The position numbers and the translations under genes are program-made. A stretch of DNA of 64,000 bases from the NCBI RefSeq assembly GCF_011386835.1, contig NC_088799.1:91760001-91824000 (forward strand), given 5' to 3'. Positions within the stretch are counted from its first letter, which is position 1. The number at the start of each line of letters is the position of its first letter. This DNA comes from Chrysemys picta bellii (lineage: Eukaryota). Below are positions 44,201 through 57,744 of the stretch, one piece after another. A model generated the notes under the pieces. The model searched no databases. It was not told the origin of the DNA and worked only from the letters and a program-made list of their open reading frames with translations.

Positions 44201-45084
44201 TAGGGTTGTCAGGCGTCCGCTTTTTGACTGGAACGTCCAGTCAAAAAAGGACCCTAGCGGTTCCAGTTGGCAGCGCAGCAGGGGCCCCAGGCTAAGGCAG
44301 GCTGCCTGCCTGCCCTGGCTCCGTGTGGCTCCTGGAAGCAGCCACCAGGTCCCTGCAGCCCCTAGACACACGGGCGGCCGGGAAGGGTCTCTGGTCCGCA
44401 CGCTGCCCTCGCCCCTAGTGCCGGCTCTGCAGTTCCCATTGACTGGGAACAATGACCAATGGGAGTGCAGGGGCAGCACCTGCAGACGCGAGGGCAGCGC
44501 ACGGAGCCTCCCTGACCACCCATCCGTCCAGGGGCCGCAGAGACCTAGTGGCCACTTCCTGGGAGCCGCAATAAGTGCTGCCAGGACCTGCACCCCCTCC
44601 CAATCCCCTGCCCCAGCCTGGAGTCCTCACCAGCACTCAAACTCTCTCCTGGAGCCTGCACCCGACAATCCCCCGCCCCAGCCCATAGCCTGCTCCTACA
44701 TTCTAAACCCATCATCCCCAGCCCCACTCCAGATCCCTCACCCTCTCCTATACCCCAACCTCCTGCCCCAGCCCAGAGCCCTCTCCTGTACCCCAAACCC
44801 CTCAGCCCCACCCCAGAGCCTGTTCTTCCAGCCAGAGCCCACCCCAACCCCCTGCCCCAGCCTGGAGCCCTCTCCACACCCTGAACCCCTCATTTCTGGC
44901 CCCACCCGGAGCCCATACCCCCCTACATACCCCAACCCCCAGCCCGGTTAAAGTGGGTGGGGGAGAGCAAGCGACAGAGGGAGGGGGGATGGAGTGAGCG
45001 AGGGGCGGGGCCTCAGAGAAGAGGCGGGACTGTGGGTGGGGCAGAGGTGTTCGGTTTTGTGCGATTAGAAAGTTGGCAACCCTA
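44201..45084. mobile_element. hAT (Tip100-like) non-autonomous element
   Basis: TIRs TAGGGTTGTCA / TGGCAACCCTA; perfect 8-bp TSD GAAGAGCT. Confidence 0.88.
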
Positions 45085-48000
45085 GAAGAGCTGCGAGCCA
45101 GGCCACCTGCTATTTGATTTGCTTTTCGTTCCTTCAAAGACGGTGCCTCACCTTTGGTAAGAGATCAGCTGGCAAGCGGGAAATGAGCAGAACAACACAG
45201 AGTGGCCTCCCAAGGGACTTTATCCTTCAGTGACTGCTGAGAGCCCCACAACTCACACACGGGCCTGCATTGCTAAGAGCGTCTCTGGACCAAAGCCTGC
45301 TTCCTGCTCGGCGCAGGGCGTTACGTGAATCCTCCAGTCCCCACCCCACAGCATGGGCCAGATACCTCACTACTGCTACTGCGGCCTTAAGGCTGGGGCA
45401 GTTACTGCTGTTGCTGCCTAATTCTCAGCTCTTCTGAGGCTTTTCCATGCTGCTGTAGCAGACCCCTGGGAGAGGTACTCCCCAGACCAGGCAGAACAGG
45501 TCTAAGGACTCTGTGCTAGCCCTACCATCCGTCCCTGACAAGGGGGTCATGGCAAGGCTGTGGGCAGGAAAGGGGGTATGGCTGGAGTGCACTGAGCTAA
45601 AAGGGAGCCATAGGAAGCCGAGGGTAACTTAGTGCAGTCTTCGGGCTGCTCTAACGTACACCGTGGGCCCCTAGCAGCTCCACAATACAGACAGTACAAA
45701 GGCAGCTTAAAGCCACTGTCCCAAGGACAGGAACAGAGGTCCCTAGAATTGGGATCTGAAACAGGCCCTGGCTGCTGCTCTCACTTCTTTTAGATCCAGT
45801 AAGTAGTTCCCCCAAAAGCCAGGCTATTTGAATTAGTTATTTGACACAGAGCCAAGCTGCACGCCCCAGAACACACACAGCCCTGCCATTGAAGACACTG
45901 GTAGGTACGTGCCTGTAAACCATGGCAGAAAACATTGGCACACAAGGAGTGACCGATAATGAGCCCTTCTTTTGCCTTCTGTTTTCCTCTGACTCTTACT
46001 GGGCAGAGAGCACTGTGCTAACTGAGAGCGTGTGCTGTCATCTGGCTGATGACTTTGGCCTGTGGGTTTTAATCTCTGTCCTCTGGAGCATCATGACGTA
46101 AATGACAATCTGTGCTCTAGACAGAAGAGGTCAAAAATATCGGGGCATTACGAGCAGATGAGTATCTCTCCTGTGCCGTTAGGAAAACCTCTCTCATAAG
46201 AGGTAAGGGAACTGCAGGCAGCTGATCGCGTGCTGCACATGCAGGGGATGTCAGACAGCTAGTAGCAGAGGGAAATACAGCAAATCATCTTGTATTAGAC
46301 ACTGAGATCAGCATAGCTGGAGGGAACTCAATGCTTCCCAATGGAGCAGGGTGTTTTCAAAACGAATCCACTGATGAGCTTGCTGGGTCCCATAGGCTGC
46401 TCCAGTGACTCTCAAGTGATGTCACTGCGGCAGCTCTGTCCTGCTGCACCGCCCGATCGGTCTGTTGTGGCCAGCAGTATTACAGCCATTCGAGATCTCT
46501 CCTGTGCGTCAGCGACTCCATTTGTGCACGTCTGTTTGTCCCTTATGGGACACGTTCTGCTCTGCTCTGCCATGTGGTGTGGAGCAAAAAGGGGTGGGAA
46601 AACTCCAAAGGGAGGGAACTGCACCATCTGTGACCGTGGGCCCTGGAGAAGTCCCTCCACGTGACCCCAATGCAGTAGGGTTTGCATTGCTGTTCATTTG
46701 CCTCCATAATATCCACCCACCTGCCCACACACACCTGCCAAGGTCATAATATTTGAAAAATCAGAAGAGGAAATAATTACTCCGGTGAGGCTGCTAACAT
46801 TAAACATTGATGTTTCTAGGAAAGGACAGGAGTATTTCCATCCATCGCTGTTCCACTTAGAAATAGTGAAGGCACTCCAGCCGCGTTAGAATGCCAAGTG
46901 GCGGTGACATGCACACGCAGGGAATGTGTGCTGGCTTTTATTCCCCGGGGCATTGCTGTAGCCATGGTGAGAGTAGACATGAGAGGTCGCTCTTGCTGCT
47001 CTGTGTTGCTTGAAGTAAATATGGTTAATGCATTTGGTAGTGGGACTAGTGGCTGATTCAGTCAGCACAGTAGAGAGGCTTCCTTTGTATGCAGATTTGC
47101 TATGCTGTGAGGGCCCAATCCTAGCTGTATTGGGAGCTCAGGATTTTGCCCACACTGACTCATCCAGTTTGAACTGTCCTGTCAGCCTCTCTTGGTTGCA
47201 AACTCCTTAGAGCAGACGCGGAGTCTTCCTCTGTGTTTTGTACAGAGCTGAGCATGCTCAAGGTGCTTAACAAATAATGAGGATCACCACAATAACTACA
47301 CTGGCTGTTAAAGGGCGCACTCTTGCTCCCACGGAAGTCAATGGAAGTTTTGCCCTTTACCTCCATGGGAGCAGCGACCAGCCAAAATTCCCTCGTCTCT
47401 GAAATGTCACCGCTCCTGTTTTTTTTTTTTTTTTCCCCATAGGTCTCTATTGTTAATTACGTATTAAGTGCTCCTCATCTCAGGAAGGCTTTGATTTGCC
47501 CTGCTTTCCAGCAACCTTCCTTCACCCCTCCCCATCTCCTTGATCCATCTCATTTCTCCTCTTTCTTTTTCTGTGCTACAAAAAGGGCATTGAAGGGTGG
47601 CTGTACTTTATATTCGAGCTAATTCAGCCAGTTACCCTTTTTACTTTAGGTTACATCTCTAATACAATCTCACGGGTTAACATTCCTTAAAATCCTAAAT
47701 TTAAAAAATGTAAGACTGTTTGACTCGCCTTTTCAGATGGCTGCCCAACCCCAGAGCAAGGCCATCTATGTGACCTGTCACTTGTGCCAACGGGATCAGA
47801 TCTGGGGAAGGAATCTGCTGCATACAGAAAACACACTAACTTCTATACAGCTCATACTGCACCGACAGGCAGGTAAATGTGATTGTGGGAGACTGCAGGA
47901 GGCAAGCAAGTGTAACGCAACTTGAAGAATTACAACCAATTCTGATCAAAACATACTTGGCTCCTCAAGGGTTTGTCCTGGGGAGAATTGCCTCTTAGCC

Positions 48001-48568
48001 GCTGTTTGACTCACAGGCTGCTGGATTGAATTAACAACATGAGCAGTTTTCTTTGGCAGCTGGGCACACACTAAAGAAATTGGTAAAAAAGAGGGTTTGT
48101 ATGTGGAATACTGAACTTGGAACCCAACAGAGATTGGGCAGCTAAGAAAGCCGTTTTGCAGAATAAGTTTAAACCACAGCAGCTCCAAAGACTATTAAAC
48201 AAGGAACCAGACTTTGTGCAGACTGAAGCAAAATAGTGCCCATCCTGGGAATGCTGGAGCACCGTGAACAATGTACGGTGGGGCTGTAAAGTACTTCAGA
48301 AAGGTGGTACCCTGCCACCAATCTGATTCCATTGAGGGAAGCCATCCTTCTTACAGACAACCTCAACTATGTATTATGGTTGGGCCATACTGTGCACCCA
48401 TTTTAGAGGCTATGTGGGAAAGCCTGGATCGTGTCAGGAAGCCAAAGCTAGTGAAGATTAAAACATAAATATCCATTGGTTTCCTCTTATGGAGCTGTGT
48501 GGTTTAGTCAGTGGCCTCTGGTGGTTAGAGAGGACACAGGGAATCAAGAAAATGGCAGCTGCTTGTGA

Positions 48569-48987
48569 CAGGGCCGGCTCCAGGCACCAGCTGAGCAAGC
48601 TGGTGCTTGGGGCGGCAGATTGTTCGAGGCGGCATTCTGCCCAATCCTAGGGCGGCACGGCCGCTTTTTGTTTTTGTTTTTGTTCTTGTTCCGCTCCGGC
48701 CGCCCTGTAGGGGGCGGTGGTGCGGAGAACCAGAGCGCCCTGCTGGGCAGTCCTCTTCCTTCCCTCCCCGCCGACCGGAGCGGAGCCCTCGCAGTAGGCA
48801 GCAGGAGGCGGCGCAGCGGGAGGGGCCGCGTGGCAGCGCCCCTGCTGTAGCCCTGGCCGCCCCCTTCTCTCTCTCTCCTGCCCGCTCCCTCCCCCTCGCC
48901 ACCCCCAGCTGGTCCCCCTGCACCTGCGCTCCGGTTGTTGTTGTTGTTTTTTTGCTTGGGGCGGCCAAAAAGCCAGAGCCGGTCCTG
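48569..48987. mobile_element. hAT-type MITE
   Basis: TIRs CAGGGCCGGCTC / GAGCCGGTCCTG; TSD GCTTGTGA/GCTGGTGA. Confidence 0.82.
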
Positions 48988-49773
48988 GCTGGTGACTCTG
49001 AGCTGGAGCGGTTTACCTCAGAGAATGGGCCGGGTATTCCATGCCTGTTGAGATCCACTGCTATGTTGGGCCCAGTCTCTAGTTCTGTACTCAAACAAGA
49101 CTTTCATTGGCTTCAAAGGGAGTTTAGCACTCAGTGAGGATGGGAGTTTATCTCCCTTTGGTGTTGTCAGAGAAAGCCCTTTCCATTAGGAAGTCTAAAT
49201 AGTTCTATTTCCTTAGAGCAGCAAATTTGCATAATCATTATCTATGAGATCCCAGTCAGAGATATGACACTGACATAATGGACAGAGGGACCCAAAGAGG
49301 AAGAGAAATGAGTGATACACAGAACTTCACTTCCCAGAAGGTCATTCTTGTTTCTGGCCGTCTCATTACTATCTGCAAAATATTACCCCAGAACTGTGAA
49401 TGGTTTGATTCCATGCTATGCCGACAACTTCCCAGCAGAATGTGAGCTGGGAAAGCTGAATGGGTAGAGAAAGATGGTAAAAGCTCAATGTGATCTCTGC
49501 AAGATCATCAAACTAACAAGCTTCCTCTGGGGCCACATGAATATTAAATCATATTTGCACATGGTTAATTGTCTCTATATACTTTAAATCCCAGGAAGCT
49601 GTTTACTCTGCATGTGAATTCTGGGTCTGCTCCTCCTCTCATACCAGCATAATTCCAGTGACATCCACTGAATTACTCCTGATTTATACTGGTGTCTGCA
49701 GGGAGATGAGACTGGGACACAATCCTGTGAGGTGCTGAATGCCTCCTGGTTTATTCCGCTTTATTCATAGATT

Positions 49774-52400
49774 ATAAAACCAGAAGGGGCCATTGTGATA
49801 ATCTGATCTCCTGCCTAATACAGTCCACAGCACTTCCCTGAATTAATTCCTGTTTGAACTACAACATCTCTCTTAGAAAAACATCCAATCTTGATGTCAA
49901 AGTTTCCAGTGATGGAGACTGTCACAGCCCTGGGTGGGTTGTACCAGTGGTTAATCAGCTGCATTATTATAAATTTACACCTCAGTTCCAGTCTGAATTT
50001 GTTTAGCTTCAACTTCCAGCCATTGGACCTCATGATACCTTTGTCTGCTGTTGCATAGTTCTTTAGCGGTCATTGATTTTTATTGATTTCCAATTAATTA
50101 CTCATGTAAAGAGCTGTGGATTGTAGGGGTCTAGTCCCAAAATAAAGATTATCCAGTTCTGTATCTGGTTGAGAACCCAATGTGCACAACAAAGACATAC
50201 TGAGGGCAAAGCAAAACTTTAAGCAATTTTATTAGCACAATTAGTAAAGACACAAATGCTCCAAGCCACATAAAATGATAGCAGTAATATAGTATGAAGC
50301 TAATTTTTGTACCATTCCTTATGTCTACTGCCACCCTTTCTTGGGGAGCTGATGGTAAGAGGCAAAGGTCCTGCTCTGTCTCTAGCGTGCCAAAAGAGTC
50401 CAGTGGTACAGATCTCTCCTTTCATGGTTGTCTGCCTATTAAAGGGGCTACGGGCTGTCATGAATATTTATACAAATACCCAGCCTCCTTTGTCCATATC
50501 TAACTTCCTCACCTTAATAATGTTGCAGTATCCTTATGGTACAGATTAGTATATTAATAGTCTTGACCTATTAGCATACATGCATCAATTCATTGCCAAG
50601 GCAAGTTTATGGTTAAGCATCTGCCAACATTTCTGTCCTAAAATATCCAAGTCTAGTATCAATTCAATGTTCCTGATATCATTTTGTACACACTTCCCTT
50701 CCCTGCCTTCCCAAGCACGATGTTCCCAGTACCCCAAAACTCAGGGGCACTGTTGGGCCACTTATTTATGCTAAAGTTCAGAGGCCTCAAAGCCTTATGC
50801 TAACTGCTTAAACTAATGCCTTACAGGTTGTAGGCCTGTAGGTTTCTTATGTGACTGTTAAATGAAATGCTAAGCTAGTTCTATAGCATGGGTAGCCTAC
50901 GGCAACCTATGGCACGCGTGCCAAAGATGGCACGTGAGCTGATTTTCAGTGGCACTCACACTGCCCGGGTCCTGGCCACCAGTCCAGGGGGCTCTGCATT
51001 TTCATTTAATTTTAACTGAAGCTTCTTAAACATTTTAAAAACCTTATTTACTTTACATACAACAATAGTTTAGTTATATATTATAGACTTAAAGAAAGAG
51101 ACCTTCTAAAAACATTAAAATGTATTACTGGCACATGAAACCTTAAATCAGAGTGAATAAATGAAGACTCGGCACACCACTTCTGAAAGGTTGCCAACCC
51201 CTGCTCTATAGGCTACACTGAAGAGCCTTCTTATTAAACTTCTGTCCCTCTTATAGGTAGTTATAGCCTGTGATCAAGTTACCCTTTAACCTTCCTTCTA
51301 ATAAGCTAAATAAATTGAACTCCTTTAGTCTTTCAGTATAAGGCATGTTTTCTAATCCTCTAATCATTCTTGTGGTTCTTCTGACTCTTGTGTATATGGC
51401 TCTCACTAGAAATGCACCCGTTCACTAATGATTCCCCATTCACAATTACATTTTGAGACCTGTCTGTTAGCTAGTTTTCAATCCATTTAATATATACCTT
51501 GTTGATTTTGTATCGTTCTATTTTTTTAATCAAAATGTCACACAATACTAAGGCAGAAAACTAAGTATGTTACATCAACACTATGACCTTTATCAACCAC
51601 AGATGTAATCTCATCAAAAAGAAATCAAGTTAGTTTGGCAGATCTATTTTCCATAAACCCATCAACACTGATGGTCCAGAGAGCTCCTTGGCCTGGTCTT
51701 TTAAAACTCTCAGATGCAAGTTAGCTGGATCTGCTGATTTAACAATGTCTGACTCTAGTAGTGGCTGTTTAACATCCTCCTGAGTTACTGTTGGAATGGA
51801 AAGTCTTTCATCAACATAAGATAAGAATACATCATCTGACTTTTCCAGAAATACAAAACAGAAATATTTATTGAACACTTCTGCCTTTTCTGCATTATTG
51901 ATAATCTTTTGGTTGTTTTTTGGGGTTTTTTTTTTTTAAGCCAGTGTAGCCTTCTGTCTCAGTTGTGGAATTGTGGCTTTTTGAGCACCTAGTAAAATAT
52001 TCTTAAATAGTTTCCAATTAGCATTCACATTTTTTCTATTTAAATTTTCTCCCAGATTTGGCTCATAATTGTTTTCAGCTTTGTGAATCTGGCTCTTTGT
52101 AAAATACCAATTATATAGCTATTACTGGTTTGGGGTTTATTCTGTTTCCACATTACAAACATAACCAAGTCATGATCACTTGCACCAAAGTAACCACTAA
52201 TTTTTAGTTCTGTGATAAAGATGAATTAATCTGTCAAGATGAGGTCTAATATAGAATTCTTCTGTTGAATGCAACACTTTTTGAATTAGGAAATTGTTAT
52301 CTATAATTTTTAGAAATCCTGAGCATGCTTTAGTACTGGCAGCATGAGACCTGCAGCTTATATCACTCGGACTGATAAATATGAAGGACCAAATCCTTTC
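49774..52400 (-). mobile_element. Old fragmented CR1 LINE, interrupted by insertions at about 50050-51230
   Basis: Minus ORF 49815-50033 SNGWKLKLNKFRLELRCKF...INHWYNPP is a CR1 ORF2 C-terminus; degenerate RT sequence continues at 51240-52400. Confidence 0.6.
50887..51203 (-). mobile_element. hAT MITE, inverted copy of the 12022-12332 family
   Basis: Reverse-complement similarity throughout; end GGTTGCCAACCCCTG; TSD TTCTATAG/CTCTATAG. Confidence 0.85.
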
Positions 52401-52764
52401 TTCGGATAAACATGCCCATAGAAGTCAATAAAAGTTGTGCTCTTAAGAATTTGGCCCATAGAATTTACTGAGATGGAAAAGGTCTATTTGGTTATAGAGG
52501 AACTATTGCCAATTTACATTAATGAGGTCTCTGCACTGTTTTAATGGATATTGGATCAGGCCCTTAGTCCATCCCCCACAGGGACCGAATGCTTTGTCCT
52601 CGCTGGTTTTGTGATACACTTCATGAGACATGGAAGTAAATAGCAAAACTGCTACTCATTAGACTGGGGAAAATAAAAGACTTTTCAGATATCCACTAAA
52701 AAGCCGGGCACGTTTTGCTTTTTCAATCTGATTAATTAGGAATGTGGCAAGTGGTTAAATATAA

Positions 52765-53772
52765 AGTTATGAGATGCAAAACTGGTTGGAAAACCATTCC
52801 CGGAGAGTAGTATTCAGTGGTTCACAGTCATGCTGGAAGGGCATAACGAGTGGGGTCCCGTAGGGATCAGTTCTGGTTCTGTTCAGTATCTTCATCAAAG
52901 ATTTAGATAATGGCATAGAGAGACACCAAGCTGGGACGGGTTGCAAGTGCTTTGAAAGATAGAATTAAAATTCAAAATGATCTGGACAAACTGGAGAAAT
53001 GGTCTGAAGTAAATAGGATGAAATTTAATAAAGACAAATGCAAAGTACTCCACTTAGGAAGGAACAATCAGTTGCACACATACAAAATGGGAAATGACTG
53101 CCTAGGAAGGAGTGCTGCAAAAAGGGATTTGGGGATCATAGTGGACCACAAACTAAATATGAGTCAACAGTGTAACTCTGTTGCAAAAAAAGCGAACATC
53201 ATTCTGGGATGTATTAGCAGGAGTGTTGAAGCAAGACATGAGAAGTAATTCTTCCGCTGTACTCCATGCTGATTAGGCCTCAACTGGAGTATTGTGTCCA
53301 ATTCTGGGTGCCACATTTCAGGAAGGATGTGGACAAATTTGAGAGAATCCAGAGAAGAGCAACAAAAACGATTAAAGGTCTAGAAAACATGAGCTATGAG
53401 GGAAGATTGAAAAAATTGGGTTTGTTTAGTCTGGAAAAGAGAAGACTGAGGTGGGACATAACAGTTTTCAAGTATGTAAATGGTTGTTACAAGGAGGAGG
53501 GTGAAAAATTGTTTTTCTTAACCTCTGAGGATAGGACAAGAAGCAATGGGCTTAAATTGCAGCAAGGGAGGTTTAGGTTGGACATTAGAAAAAACTTTCT
53601 AACTGTCAGGGTGCCTAGGGAGGTTGTAGAATCTCCATCACTGGAGATTTTAAAGAGCAAGTTAGCCAAACACCTGTCAGGGATGGTCTAGATAATACTT
53701 AGTCCTACCATGAGTGCAGGGGACTGGACTAGATGACCTCTCGAGGTCCCTTCCAGTCCTATGATTCTATGA
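52765..53772 (+). mobile_element. CR1 LINE 3' fragment, relatively young, with stops and frameshifts
   Basis: ORFs IQNDLDKLEKWSEVNRMKFNKDKCKVLHLG and RPQLEYCVQFW.PHFRKDVDK.ERIQRRATK; 3' tail CCCTTCCAGTCCTATGATTCTATGA. Confidence 0.93.
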
Positions 53773-56049
53773 TGCAGACTTCATTGCAGATTCAATGTCT
53801 GGCATTGCTGGCCATGAAATTTATAGACTGAATGTTATGGTCTGGTATTTTCAAAGGCGCCTAAGGGATTTAGATGCTGAACTCCTCCTTTCTTTAGGAG
53901 TTGGGTACCTAATCCCTTTAGGCATTTTTATAAATTCTATCTGTAATCATTTGCATCAGACTATATTTAAACTTTAAAAAAATAAGAAACATTAATCCAG
54001 TGCCTAGGAAAGATCAAATCGTTTTGATAAACCCTGGACAAATATACAAATATGTAAATACTTTCTTTTAAATATCAAAGAATTTACTAAGACTCACAGA
54101 TGTAAAATACTTAAATCCAAGCCATAAACTGTGATCCAGTCCCCGAGAAGTGCTTACAAACAACTCTGCATTAGCACAGGGTGCCATGTGTTATCCGGAT
54201 TATAAACTGAGAATACACTTTTAACCAATTAAGTGGTTTTTTTCCTGCAAAAGTCCATAGTTTCTCATTGTGTTTGCGCGTTCTGTTAGTCCCTTGCTCC
54301 GCTGTGGGTAGCAACAGCCCACTCTCAGATTAACATGAATTTGATTAAACTTCTAAAAAGGGTGGATTAGGAGTTTTATTTAGAAGTATAAATCAAATAT
54401 TGGTAGTATTTGTTAACTTCCACCAATGAGCTCAGTAATGTGTAAGACACAGAATGAAACGTGGGATGAAATCCTGGCTCCAGTGAAGTCACTGGAAATT
54501 TTGCCATTGACTTCAATCCCCCAAAGCTTAGATTAGACCTCCTGCAGTTCTGGTAGGTCACTTGCAGATTTGCATGGGCTTGATGCAGCCAATCATTACT
54601 TGTGTGAGTTGCCCTTCTGCATTCATATATACTAAGAATTAAGTCCAATTTTAATAAATCAGCCACAAAGTTTTGAAAAAGGAGTTGAAAAAGGAGTATC
54701 TCCTGATGCAGGCAATCTAGACAACATCTTTTGCAATGGAACTAGTCGCATTATAAGCATATCAGCAGTAGGGAAGGGTGTGCGGTCCCAAAAAAATATT
54801 GTAAGCACCTGATTGCATTCACTCAAAGGACCCTATGGTGTTATGAGTTAGTGATTCCCACAAGGAGATGAATACTTTCACTTTGCATCAGACTCAATGG
54901 GAGTTAAGGGTATTCAAAACATGACAGAATTGGGCCTGATCCTGTACTACTGAAGTCGACGGATACTCAGCTCTTACAAGGTCTCACAGGCTTAATCCTG
55001 CACTGGGCTCTGTTAAGGTGGGCTCTCTTGTGCCCATATGAAGTCCCACTGGAGCCACTAGGACTCTATACAGGCACAGGCTGAGATAGAGAATCCCAGT
55101 GCAGGACTGGAACCTCATTAAGGTGCCTAAGTGGGGATGTTGGTGCCTAAATTTAGCCACCCAAATTTGAAAATGTTGGCCCTGATTCCCAGACTGAGCA
55201 GAGAAATGGCTCCTACTGGCTCCTTGGATGGTCATGAAAATACTGTTTCATGGAAAGCATCAACCACTTTGCACAGAGGTCTGGATTTTGCAGGCTGGCA
55301 GCTGGAAAGAGTGGCTGATAATTGACGTGACAAATTGCAGGACTCCGACAAAAGTAAGGGACTAAATCTGCATCCTAGTGAAGTCATTGGAGATTTTGCC
55401 GTTGAGTTCAGTTGAATCGGGAATTTGCCCACAGACTTTGTTTTCGGGCTGCTCTGTAGGGAAACTGGACTTCCTAACTGACGTAACGTGTTAAGACACA
55501 AAGCTGATGATGGGAACACGTCAACATGGTTAACTTCCATATCTTTGCCAGTATTATCCAGACCCTTCCTTTCTCTTGGGGCAGGATTGTGCAGAGATAG
55601 GTTCCATCAAAACATGCCCCACTTGTTCTGCGATGGAGCCCAAGTAAAAGGAGGGCGTGTGCTGGCACTGTGAGTGAGTGATTCCATTTGTTCTCCCATT
55701 TAGACAAGAATGTTTGATCTGAACCATAAACAAGGCCAGAGACGCCCATCTTACACTGACCTGCATGGTGCTAACCTGTTTTATATTTTGTTCATGAAAT
55801 GTACTGAGCACATGGATAACATTTCCTCCCTTTAGAATACTTGCCAGGTGTTTATTTGTCCTCTCTGGCAGGCGGGGGTGTGTGAGTGAGGGGATGCTCC
55901 TTCACAGACAGGGAAATCACTCCAACTCTCCCTTCAGAGGGGTGGCAAAATTTTAAGAAGGGGGCTGTTCATGGTTCCCACTTGCCCCTGCTCATGTGTG
56001 GGGCCCCCTGACTGTGATGCAGCTTTGCATAGGCCCTGGGATCTGCCAG

Positions 56050-56900
56050 CATGCATTTTATCACAGGATGGGGGACCTTAGTAGATGAAAGGAATATAGT
56101 TGATGTAATATATTTGAATACAGCATTTATACCATCTCTCGTGGACGCTGAATTGAAAATAATTCATGTTGGCTTGGGTCAGAACACTAGCACATGGACT
56201 GAAAAGTGGCCAGAAGGCGTTAAACCAAAGGTAACAATAAACAGAAATGTCATGGAGTGTCATTGAGATTGATGTTAGCACCAGTCATCAGGCTGGATCC
56301 TAGGAGCAGTTCCATGTTGGTGCATTCAGTGCCTAACCTAAGAGGTGTTGGGGCTCGAGAACATGTTTTAATTTCATAACTGATGAGGGGCTATGAACTG
56401 CCAAGCCTAGAGGTGTTGGGACTTACGAACTGCCAAGCCCAGAGGTGCTGCTGGAGCTATGAATTGCCAAGCCCGGAGGAGTGGGGCCTCAGCCCTGACA
56501 CAAAATAACCAGTGGGTGAATCCCTCTGCATGGGCAGAGCACCACTGGGGTCTCCACCGACATGAAACTCATTGTAAGCTGGTGGCCTTATTTAACATCT
56601 TAATTAATAACCTAGAAGAGTGGAGTGAATTGTCTGTCATTGAATTCATCACAGATGATGCTAAATTGGGACTGAAGCAAGTTCAGAGAAGAGCAACCAA
56701 AGATAAGGGGTGGTGGTGGAGAGACTGAATATTGAGGAAAGGTTAAAGGAGATGCCCACCACCTAATGCAGCACATGCCAGCAGCCAGCAGAGTTTTTAA
56801 AGGGAGTAAACATCGAGCTGGGGCAGGAGCTATTTAGTGATATACCCAGGAGTAATTGAGATGAAGCTAAGGCAGGGAACAAGGCTTGAAATGTAGGAGG
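56050..56900 (+). mobile_element. Highly degenerate CR1 RT fragments
   Basis: VDVIYLNTAF and LFNILINNLE...ITDDAKLG...QVQRRATK resemble CR1 RT motifs. Confidence 0.55.
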
Positions 56901-57231
56901 ATTGAGGAGGGAGTCGGGGCAGTGCTGCAGGATCAGCGGGGGGAGGGATGTAGCTACTCCCAGCAGCAGGGCAGGGCTGAGATGGAGTCTGCATGGCCCA
57001 GGGGTGCAGGCGGCAGTGTGCATCGCCTGCGGGCAGGTAGAGGAGGAACGCATCCCCCCCAGGGGGAGCAGGGCGGGGGGGTACCTGGCCTGGGGCATCT
57101 CCCCCCGGCGCCGGCAGTGGTGCAGAGCTGAAGCTGGCTGTGCGTATGCGGGGGGGAGCAGTGGGGCGCATCTCCCCCCTCCCACGGCTCGCGCGGGGCG
57201 CTCCGCCGCCCAGATACATTGTAGCCGAGAA

Positions 57232-57402
57232 AAGAAGAACAGGAGGACTTGTGGCACCTTAGAGACTAACAAATTTATTAGAGCATCACCTTAGAGACTA
57301 ACAAATTTATTAGAGCATCACCTTAGTCTCTAAGGTGCCACAAGTCCTCCTGTTCTTCTTTTTGCGGATACAGACTAAGACGGCTGCTACTCTGAAACCT
57401 TT
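57232..57402 (+). mobile_element. Penelope-like terminal fragment with inversion and 32-bp tandem duplication, inserted in the SEPTIN6 CpG island
   Basis: Exact 15-bp target duplication CATTGTAGCCGAGAA at 57217-57231 and 57403-57417. 38-bp inverted arms at 57232-57269 / 57323-57360. Unit CACCTTAGAGACTAACAAATTTATTAGAGCAT at 57255-57286 and 57287-57318. Confidence 0.8.
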
Positions 57403-57714
57403 CATTGTAGCCGAGAACTCGCTTAGGGCTCGGGCCGGACCATTCCGAGCCGGGGGGGGGAGGAAGTTCAGCAGCTGCCTTTTCGGGGCGCGCAGCGGGG
57501 AGGGAGCGAGCTCGGGTCCGGCCCGTGGCCGGGCGAAGGGGGGATGTCGGTGCGGAGGGGCGCAGTGCCGGGGGCGAGCTGCGGGGCGTGGCGGGTGGGG
57601 CTGCGGCGCCGCGGCTCCCCCCCCCCCGGGCGCAGTGGGCGGGTCCCGGGGTAGCTCGGGCTCCCGGCTGCGCGAGGGGGCGTTTCCTGTTCGGCTTCTG
57701 GCGGCGGCGGGGCC

Positions 57715-57744
57715 ATGGCGGCGACCGAGATCGCGCGGCAGGTG
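57715..57744 (+). CDS. SEPTIN6: Septin-6, first coding exon only (the rest lies beyond the window)
   Basis: ATG GCG GCG ACC GAG ATC GCG CGG CAG GTG|gtgagc = MAATEIARQV (human MAATDIARQV). Strong Kozak, in a CpG island, syntenic. Exon 2 was not found before 64000. Confidence 0.9.

Noticed and set aside
44111-44951. 272-aa proline-rich ORF
   Set aside because: Interior of the 44201-45084 non-autonomous hAT element.
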